From contig NC_002677.1 in the NCBI RefSeq assembly GCF_000195855.1, forward strand, positions 180,001 through 212,000: a DNA stretch of 32,000 nt, read 5' to 3'. Positions within the stretch are counted from its first letter, which is position 1. Each line of letters opens with the position of its first letter. The notes beneath the pieces are model-generated. The model was given only the letters and a program-made list of their open reading frames with translations. It did not search any database and had not been told where the DNA came from. The translations under genes were made by a program, and so were the position numbers. This document shows positions 23,879 through 31,149 of this stretch, one piece after another. The stretch is from Mycobacterium leprae TN. Lineage in GTDB: Bacteria > Actinomycetota > Actinomycetes > Mycobacteriales > Mycobacteriaceae.

Positions 23879-24699
23879 TGTCGCGTCATGAATTGGAGCT
23901 GGAGTACCGGGTCGTAATCAATCGGTTGTCGGGCCAGGCAACCATCACTCACAGCGGTGATGTTGACAGAATTGCAGCGGCTGACGTTTGATCTGTCTGG
24001 TTCCTTGACGGCGTTCGACGGTTCGGTGAAAGGCAAACCAGCAGCTCGTTTCTCTTGTCGCAGCGAAAAGTCGCGTATCTGTTGAGTATCTAAGCTCGTG
24101 ACCGGTGATGAACGCTGTCGATTGTGGTGCGCTAGGCGGTTCACCGAGACCGCTGCAATCACTTTATAATCGACATTTCGCCATCTTTGGCATACACGTG
24201 ATTATCCCTGGATATTCCAGCAGTGTTACGTCGTGGTTACCGAGCAACGATTCGATCGCCTCAGTGCTAAGGTCGCCTACCGCATTCGGATCAGCACCGA
24301 AAGCCGATACAGCCTCATTTCCAACGGCAAATTTGTGGCGCGGCGGATCCGAGTTTCGCATATTGATTGCCGCGATCCCACCTGAACCGACATCGACGTA
24401 TCTTGTTCTCCTGCAGATCGGCATGTACGGGATGATGCTGCTGACTGGGGTTCCGGTCCTGATCCAGGCGGTGTTGCCGGAGCTGCTGCGCCGCGATTTC
24501 GACCACGATCTCGTTCACCAGCCTGAGACGATGAATCTGTTTGTCGAGTTGTTCGTACCGTATCTGTTGGCGACCGGGTACACGGGGTCGTTGTCACCGA
24601 CGACCCGCTAGCGATAACGCTGGTAAGCACAGGGTATTTCGCTCTTCGGAGTTAATCATTGCGAAGGTACCTGTGCTGAACAGCGTTTCATCGCTCACG
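23879..24699. other. Decayed tract, unassigned
   Basis: Overlapping ORFs of 168 codons or fewer occur on both strands. Only a weak 'GNHD' string is visible on the - strand (see rejected items). Confidence 0.4.
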
Positions 24700-24742
24700 A
24701 AACTAGTGTTGTGTGTTGGTGATTGTTTTAACGTTTGATTTT

Positions 24743-24859
24743 GTTGAGGGGGTGTCTGCGGTCTGGGTTCAGGTGAACGGTGTGGTGTGTTCGTTGTAGG
24801 TGGGGATCGCGGTTTCGAGGTTGTTGATATCGGTGAACGTGTTGTGGCGGGTGATGGTG
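24743..24859. repeat. Left arm of an imperfect inverted repeat flanking the RT core
   Basis: Four anchors on this arm have reverse-complement partners in the same order on the right arm. They are 'gttgagggggtgt' (24743-24755), 'caggtgaacgg' (24770-24780), 'atcgcggtt' (24806-24814) and 'ggtgatggtg' (24850-24859). Segments between anchors are diverged and contain indels. Confidence 0.4.
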
Positions 24860-25184
24860 GTGAAGAAGATTTTGGTTATGTGTCAGCTATGAGCAGCTTG
24901 TCGGTGTGAAGTGCAGTGTGGCTTGCTGGTTATCCTGTAGCCAGGATCGGCTGCTGGGGGTTTGTGGGTTGGCGTAGTTGTCGCAGATTGGGGCATGCCT
25001 GTATGTGTGGGTGTGTTTTGGTGGCGAGTTTGAAGGTAGTGGCAGAATCGGTTTGGGTGTGATCCAGCTGCTTGGGTCTGGGGCTTCATTGTCGACGCTA
25101 GAGCATAATCGCGGCCGCGGGTTGAGTAGGCCTGGGGCGCGGTGTGGGTGTATTACTTTCGGTCCGTTTCCCAGACTGGTCGCC

Positions 25185-25218
25185 GATCCTGGTGTGCGCG
25201 TCTTTGCGCACCGGGCTT
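25185..25218 (-). ncRNA. Candidate degenerate group II intron domain-V-like hairpin (34 nt)
   Basis: The minus-strand RNA is 5'-AAGCCCGGUGCGCAAAGACGCGCACACCAGGAUC-3' and begins 16 nt after the RT stop codon. It has AGC at positions 2-4, a 6-bp upper helix (GUGCGC/GCGCAC), a 2-nt AC bulge on the 3' strand and a total length of 34 nt, like canonical domain V. Against this, the loop is 6 nt (AAAGAC, not GNRA) and the lower helix has 3 mismatches in 7 positions. Confidence 0.25.
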
Positions 25219-25234
25219 TTCATGGTCACTACCG

Positions 25235-26800
25235 TTAGGCGGTGGGAATACTGGTCCAAGGGTTGGGTATTGTGGTGATTTGGTAGCGGTACCGGGTGAC
25301 CGGTATCGAGGTCGGGTTCAATAGGGTGGTCTCTTCTGCGTCAATCGGTTTTCACCGTTTTTCGGAGGTGGTGAACTGCCGGCGAATGTCTTTCCATCTC
25401 CGGCGATACAGTGCTCGAAACCACCGATGGTTGATCTGTGCCAGCACGGCCCCCGGATTGCGCTGTGATTTCCTGTTTGCCAGGGCACGGATCTTGGCTT
25501 TGACCGACCGTCGTGCCCGGTCGGCGATACAAGTCCTAGACATGCCCACGTGGTCGTTGCCTTCTTGGGTGTCCACCCGGTGTGGAAGCCGCGAAAGTCC
25601 ATACCAGTTACCGAAGTGCGCGGTCTTTGTCTTTGCAGTCGACAGCTGCAGACCTAGAGGCGTAAGCATCGAGTTTATTTCGTTTTGCAGGCCTCTGGCG
25701 TGTCTGGTCGCCATGTGCTGAGTACAACGCAGTCGTCCGCTACGCGGGACGACTGCGTTGTACTCAGCAGGCCTGTGACGCGGCGCCGACTAGGCAGGTA
25801 AGCAGTGGACATCGAGCCGCACGGTTTCCATGGCTGCATCCGATACTCATCGAGCCCAGGCAAGGCGATGTTGGTCAGCACCGGCGACAAGATATTGCCC
25901 TGAGACGTTCCGGTGTGAGTGTTCTGGTGCTCACCAGACTCGGTGAGCACACCGGCCTTAGAAAACGCCTTCACCAGGACCAAGTACGCGTTTATCCTTG
26001 ACTGGCAATAGCATCCGCTCCAACAGAGCAGAATGTGAGATAGAGTCACAGCGCACCTCAATGTCTGCATACAGCACCCACCGATAGCTTGTAGTGCTGT
26101 ATTGGTGAATTTCGGCGATCGTGTCCCTGAGATCGCCGCTTGGGGGCGGAATCCAGGGGAGATCGGCTCGAAAGCGGCCTCGACGACAGGCTCCAACACC
26201 AGCTTCAACGCAGCCTGAACGACTCGATCCGCAGATTGTCCAACAACCCGCTACCTCGACGATTTCCTCAACATGGGCTCCGGTCCGGGCGTCCACACCA
26301 GCAGTATTCGCCCCATAGTTGCCCGTGACCCAGTCAAACGCCACCAACAATGTTCGCCGGGTCACACACGAGATTGAACAGGTCATCAAACCTGCGGCCA
26401 CGATCGACCGACGATGACCCCAACCCGATAAATCGTGTTGGCCACACAACACCCAAGCAGGACCTAGGACGATTCCTCCCCTTCCCGACGCCACCCAAGG
26501 CCAAGGTGCCCCCGCTTCACCGTTCCTGCTGCGACAGGCCCGGCGGCGAAGATCTCTCACCTTCACTGCCATGCCAATCATCAGCACTTCGTGACGCACG
26601 TGGATCCAGGTCGAGCCCGACCACATCACGCCGTTTGGTCTCCCACGTCGGGGTCGGTAACGAACTTGAAGGTCTTCACGCGATGCGACTGGATGCCCCC
26701 ACTTATGCCAGATCCGCGCGGCCAAGGAAAACGAAATCCCCCACAGCCATCAACTGCTCCGGTGACGGGCCGCTCCGACGCTGAACGGCCGATTCGCATA
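25235..26800 (-). pseudogene. Group II intron-type reverse transcriptase/maturase pseudogene
   Basis: RT motifs occur in the canonical order but are split over frames. The sequence of motifs is: 'GANTAGVDA'; 'ADRVVQAALKLVLEPVVEAAFEPISPGFRP'; 'YRWVLYADIEVRCDSISHSALLERM'; 'VKDKRVLG/LVKAFSKAGVLTE'; 'GTSQGNILSPVLTNIALPGLDE'; 'RVADDCVVLS' (the YADD box, with Y changed to V); 'LGLQLSTAKTKTAHF'; and the maturase-X-like 'KAKIRALANRKSQRNPGAVLAQINHRWFRALY'. The C-terminus is 'IPVTRYRYQITTIPNPW', with the stop at 25235-25237. There are at least four frame switches and an in-frame TGA at 25352-25354. The N-terminal limit is approximate. Confidence 0.8.
25717..25768. repeat. Perfect 22-bp inverted repeat (hairpin with 8-nt spacer) overlapping the RT YADD box
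   Basis: Read directly: 'gctgagtacaacgcagtcgtcc' (25717-25738), spacer 'gctacgcg' (25739-25746), then 'ggacgactgcgttgtactcagc' (25747-25768). The second arm is the exact reverse complement of the first. Confidence 0.97.
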
Positions 26801-26826
26801 ACATCGCCGACCAACGTCTCTACGAG

Positions 26827-26974
26827 CACCATGACCTCATCGATCACCGAAGCACGTCCCGTCCCCGGCGTACCCGAACCGCGATATCAGTATCTAGCCA
26901 CTCCATCGGACACCAACCACACAATCCACGCCCGTGTCACCTGCCCCACCAGCACCCACAACACCCTCGTCAAC
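26827..26974. repeat. Right arm of the imperfect inverted repeat flanking the RT core
   Basis: The partner anchors are 'acaccctcgtcaac' (26961-26974), 'ccgtgtcacctg' (26932-26943), 'aaccgcgat' (26877-26885) and 'caccatgacctcatcgatcacc' (26827-26848). They are collinear with the left-arm anchors in inverted orientation, with a spacing difference of about 20 nt. Confidence 0.4.
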
Positions 26975-27085
26975 CACCCCAGCCGACCCCGGTCGCCATC
27001 GCGCAACTCCAAGACAGCAACCACATACACCGCCCACTTACCTCAACCAACCACACCTAAACGCCTCAAAACCACCCACCACTAG

Positions 27086-28910
27086 AACAACCCGTCTTCG
27101 AACTTAGTCGCCAATCCTTTGGTTATCTTTCCCCCACGGGTCGCTGTTACGCCGAATATCAAGCTATCCCACCGAAATTCTTGGGTGCTGGCTCCGACGC
27201 AAATGTCGTGTCCATGTAATCTGCGGTGAATTATCCTGGCTGGCAAAAAATAAAAACTAATCCGACTCCGGGCCGTCGACATCTGTTTAGCCACCAGGGC
27301 GGACGGCCGAACGGGCAGCTTGAAGCCGAACTAAAGTGAACCTTATCGTGTGACGCGATACTGTACCCAATGTTGCTGGCAAGACAAAGGCTCGATGATT
27401 TCCCTGTTATCCAGGAATTCGTGGCTGGTGACAGAGTTATACGGTCACTGTGGAGTCGGACTCAACCAGTTAAGTGAGGTTATCGACTATGGCCCAGGTA
27501 CTTCAAGCCGGCCCCCTCCGGCCAGAGGGATGCAGAACATCGGCTCGGTCAGTCACTCCATCAATTAAAGTGGTTACCCCCACGCGTATTCTACTTGTAT
27601 CCACGTTAAGACTACTCTGCAACAGGGCAAATCAGGTGAAATTCTAAAGTTGGTTTGCGGGAACTAACCACCGTCCAGACTGTCTTGCCCGATGATGTGG
27701 GGCTTCTACCTCAGACTCATGATAACGCAGCCCCCATCCCAAACCAGACCCATCAATGCCAGTCAGGGATGGCGCCAGCCGCCGAGCGGGCACGCTACTA
27801 CCGTCGGACACCGCAATAGCGACTGTCGTGCCATCACTTTTGATCTGCACCAGGGGGCGCTTCTAGTATGTCCCATCAGGTTTTCCACAAACACGTTGAC
27901 AACCACCGACGCAACTGGGATGAGCGTGGTTTACGACCAGGTAGTAATCCATTCGTGGAATCAGGTGGCGTGACTCGCGAAGACTGGTCAAATTTGCGGT
28001 AAGCTGGGCATCGGCGCGCTGGACAGCGCTATGCGCGAGCCGATTTATGGCCTTCATCGCACTGTTCCCGATTCCGCTACTATTTGGAGTCCGGTGACGT
28101 CGACGACGATGACTGAAAGCTGGTTTAGAGTGGCCTCCATAATGCAGTTGCGTAGGGGAGTTTCGGATGTCCAACTACCCCGAGGGTCAAGCCTCCGTGC
28201 GAGCGGCAATGGCCAACAAGCTCGGTAACTTAACTACTCACGCTCACCGCAGCCGGCGCGCCAGTCAGCAATCCACTGCTGTGTGAGTGCGGGCTTCTAA
28301 TCAGCGGCTGGAGCGCCCCCGTTACTAACTTGGCCGAAAAGGAATTGGACGCCTGGAATTCAGGGTTGCCGATGCATCCTGTCGTACTCCGCCCATCGGT
28401 TGCTGTTCGAATTCCAGTCCATCCGACTTTCGTGAGGGTGCCTTTCCTCTGCGGTAACACTGCACAGTCTCTACTGCGAAGCGAATGGCAGGGCCGGTTA
28501 TGAAGAAATAGTTTGGGGGAACCCATAAACGGCAACCCCAAGATAGGTCTCCATGTTGTCCCCCAGGCCTGCCGGATACGTCTCAGTCAAGCCGGTGCCG
28601 ACCAGCGTCTCATAGGGGAGTATGAAGCCAGATTTGGTGCTGCCCAAGTTAAGGACCACCGACGAGTTGCCCTGGTGGGCGCGATTGGCGATGTCGAGAC
28701 GCGCATCGCCGTGATGCGGGCCGCAGCACAGGCTGGATCATGGATGTCTATTTGCCCAGAGCTCGGTGACTAGGTGCGAAACTTAGTAGCCCGATATTAA
28801 AGGATTTACTCAAGATCCGCCAGCGCGACGTGGTTAACGATACGCTTTTTCCTGCCGAGCGATCACCGTTGTGCGACAGTGCGAAGGTCGGTCAGTCAGG
28901 GGAAGTATGG
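27086..28910. other. Decayed tract, unassigned
   Basis: No ORF exceeds 103 codons. Protein-like strings appear on the - strand (for example 'VVLNLGSTKSGFILPYETLVGTGLTETYPAGLGDNMETYLG'), but I could not assign a family. Confidence 0.4.
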
Positions 28911-29409
28911 ATATCCTTTCTGATCGTGGCGCCGAAGTACGTAGCCTCGGTGGCAACTGATTTGGCGAATATCTGTTCGGCGATAAGCTTGGCCAACACG
29001 GCGGTGCTGGCCCCGACGACAGGTGCACTTGCGGCAGGTGGCGATGCAGTGTTGGCTGCGGTGGCGGCGTTGATCGTCATACACACCCAGGCGTATCAGG
29101 CACTCAGAACTCAAGTGGTGTTGTTCCATGACCAGTTTGTGCAATTGATGAGTGGTGGAGCGGGCCAGTATGCCGCCACAAAGGCTACCAACACTTTGCC
29201 TTTACAAACGGGAGAGCAAGAAGCACTCAATGTAATCAAGGTTCCGACCCAGGCATTGTTTAGGACGCCCGCTGATCGGTAATGAGGTTAATGGCCACCT
29301 TTTTGCCGGGCAAAACGGCGGATATGGCGGATTGTTGTTTGGCAACGGTGGCACCGTAGGCAGAGCGAGAACGCTTGTTGGCCGACCGGGAGCTTTCGAG
29401 CCAGCATAG
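28911..29409 (+). pseudogene. PE_PGRS family pseudogene (PE domain plus a truncated Gly-rich PGRS stub)
   Basis: 'ISFLIVAPKYVASVATDLANICSAISLANTAVLAPTTGALAAGGDAVLAAVAALIVIHTQAYQALRTQVVLFHDQFVQLMSGGAGQYAATKATN' is collinear with the PE consensus (MSFVIAAPE...AAAEAAN). ATA at 28911-28913 sits where the PE initiator Met aligns. A stop occurs at 29280-29282. After a +1 shift the sequence reads 'GNEVNGHLFAGQNGGYGGLLFGNGGTVG' and ends at 29407-29409. Confidence 0.8.
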
Positions 29410-29451
29410 AGGCGTTAATAACTTGCCGCCACGATACTGCACACTGAATGT

Positions 29452-30320
29452 GTGCCTGAACTTCCCGAAATCGAAGCTTTAGTCGACTATTTGCGGCGTG
29501 AAGCGGTCGGTTTGTCGGTCGGCCGCCTCGATGTTGCTGCGCTGTCCGTGCTTAAGCCCATCTACGCGTTTGCGCGGCCAGACAGTAGTCGGGGCCGACC
29601 GGTGGGAAAGTATCTAGACTGCAGGCGAACACAGTGGTGTTGATCACTCAATCATGCCGCGCGTGGGCTGGTTACGGTGGTCTGACAAGCTAACCAGCGA
29701 CACTGCTGGGGTCGGACCAAGGTCTGACCACGCTGCATATCGATCCAGATAGCTTCCAGTAGAGTACCCGGCTTCAACCTAACTCAGGCCGGGCCCCAGA
29801 AGCAACTAGCTGACCTGCCTGGTTGGTTGCCACCCCGCAATAGGTCCCCGGGCTTGCTGTCCTCGGACCATATGCTCTGGGTGTCACTGTCGAGCGCCTG
29901 GCGGGGCTTCTGGTCGGCAATACCGATCGGATTAAGACCGTCACATTACCGATCAAAAGGTGATCGCCGGTATCGGCAACGCTTACAGCGACGAGATTCT
30001 GCAGGTTGCCAAGATCTCGCCGTTCGCCGTAACCGGGAAGTTATTTGTACGAACAGCTTAGTACCGGCATGACGCGATGGTGTCGATGCTGTCCGACGGT
30101 CCATCAGCCAGGGGGCTGCCATGCTTAAAAAGGAGCCATGCTTAAAAAGGAGAAGCGATCCGTGCTACAGGTGCATGCACGTACCGGGGTGTCGTGCCCG
30201 GAGTGGGAAGATACCGTGCGTGAAGTGTCGTTCTCGGACAAGTCTTTTCAGTACTGTCCAACGTGCCAGACCGGTGGCAAGGTGTTGGCCAACCGGCACA
30301 TGTCGCTGCTGCTTATGTAG
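29452..30320 (+). pseudogene. Fpg/Nei-family DNA glycosylase pseudogene (by position the counterpart of Rv0944)
   Basis: The N-terminus 'MPELPEIEALVDYL' (GTG at 29452) carries the catalytic Pro2/Glu3. The H2TH motif 'ITDQKVIAGIGNAYSDEILQVAKISPF' lies in a second frame (29945-30025). The C-terminus 'KEKRSVLQVHARTGVSCPEWEDTVREVSFSDKSFQYCPTCQTGGK' lies in a third frame, and its first CxxC has degraded to CPEW. Premature stops occur from 29641 onward. Confidence 0.85.
30119..30152 (+). repeat. Perfect 17-bp tandem duplication (2 copies) inside the Fpg/Nei pseudogene
   Basis: Read directly: 'ccatgcttaaaaaggag' occurs at 30119-30135 and again at 30136-30152. Confidence 0.97.
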
Positions 30321-30325
30321 TTGAT

Positions 30326-31100
30326 GTGCCACCCTGGGTTGCTCTCCAGAAAATCCTCATCAATGGTGCCAGTTCCGTCCTGGGCGCTGGGATGGCACAT
30401 TCTCTCGCTTCCACGAGTCGTTACCTGTCGCTGTGTGCCCGTCGCGTCGATAAGTTGGACGAAGATGCAAAGATGTGCTATCATTGCCCTCAAGATTGCG
30501 GTCGCTGCGTTGGACGTTCACCACCATACGCAGATGTCGTAAGGTGTTCTGCGAACTCAGTGATGATCCTGGCAGGAATGTCCCGCATTGTTGTCGCTGG
30601 TCAGCTATTCGTAAGGGAGCCCGGCTCGGCTCCGGCAAGCTGTAGGCCAATAAAGGCGACTGTTGACACCAACTTGGTGACCTCCCTAGTGTAGATTGAC
30701 ACTACACTGGATATGTTCACAAAAAGCGGCTCGGGGAGCCATCTGGTGCCCGTGTTTTCGGTACTCAGTGACAAAAAGGGTAGATGACCTTAAAAATATT
30801 CCGCCACAAGCAAAGTCAGAATGCACTCACTGGGAGGATTTTTGTGCGCCAAATAACTCCAAATAACTTAAGTGGCTCGATTAAGATCTCGGTGGTGGAG
30901 AAGGGCTACATATAAACAGAGATGGCGGCCAAATCAGCTAGCACAATGTTTATGTGGTAGACAATGCAACTGGCGTTAAGATGCTTGTCGACGCGACAGA
31001 ACGCGATCCCGGTCGGGTGAGGGTGCTATGGTGGCCGTGAGCGACGCTGGTATCGCTGCAGCGCTTCTCCTGGCTGAGATCGTAAGGGGTCTGTACAACG
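30326..31100 (+). pseudogene. Short-chain dehydrogenase/reductase pseudogene (by position the counterpart of Rv0945)
   Basis: The Rossmann start is 'ILINGASSVLGAGMAHSLASTSRYLSLCARRVDKLDE'. This is followed by 'ATVDTNLVTSLV*', 'SGSHLVPVFSVLS', 'KYSATSK' (YxxxK-like, about 30797), 'IKISVVEKGYI*TEM' and the tail 'RVLWWP*'. The order matches an SDR but is interrupted by several stops and frame changes. It converges on the pgi stop. Confidence 0.7.
30849..30868 (+). repeat. Perfect 10-bp tandem duplication inside the SDR pseudogene
   Basis: Read directly: 'ccaaataact' occurs at 30849-30858 and again at 30859-30868. Confidence 0.95.
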
Positions 31101-31149
31101 ACACGCTGCATTGGGGGAGCATTTTGCGGACACTCGCTGCGTAAGCACG

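Larger units (their letters stand above)
24700..27085 (-). mobile_element. Repeat-like element of about 2.4 kb carrying a dead group II intron-type reverse transcriptase; candidate copy of a dispersed-repeat family (boundaries approximate)
   Basis: The RT pseudogene core is flanked by a G+T-rich left flank (from about 24705) and an A+C-rich right flank (to about 27084). Both flanks are therefore A+C-rich when read outward from the core. Collinear inverted matching blocks occur in the flanks. The composition changes abruptly at both ends. The size, about 2.38 kb, is close to what I recall for the M. leprae LEPREP family, but that is unverified. Confidence 0.5.

Noticed and set aside
24160-24430. 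Minus-strand ORF containing 'VGDLSTEAIESLLGNHDVTLL', which might indicate a metallophosphoesterase relic (GD...GNHD).
   Set aside because: The spacing between the two motifs is far shorter than in the family. No other family motif (DxH, GH) was found. The opposite strand has an equally long, membrane-like ORF (24105-24611), so the coding strand is ambiguous.
25687-25774. An 8-nt direct repeat 'gcaggcct' (25687-25694 and 25767-25774) with partial similarity extending about 17 nt. I considered it as target-site-duplication-like flanks of an insertion containing the palindrome.
   Set aside because: Only 8 nt are identical and the extension matches about 13 of 17. One copy overlaps the palindrome arm. 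Chance occurrence in skewed-composition DNA cannot be excluded.
24700-27085. The idea that the RT marks a live retron, DRT or other RT-based defence system with accessory genes.
   Set aside because: The RT has multiple frameshifts, an in-frame stop and a palindromic insertion at the catalytic box. Its motif set (maturase-X-like segment, intron-type C-terminus) points to the group II intron lineage. No intact neighbouring ORF exists that could serve as an effector, and I saw no msr/msd-like structure.
27640-28780. Minus-strand strings such as 'AAARITAMRVSTSPIAPT' and 'VVLNLGSTKSGFILPYETL'. These might be a luciferase-like monooxygenase relic, which by position would be the Rv0943c counterpart upstream of fpg.
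   Set aside because: The matches are weak and in different frames. The expected N-terminal 80 or so residues would overlap the PE_PGRS relic. I do not remember the Rv0943c sequence well enough to verify.
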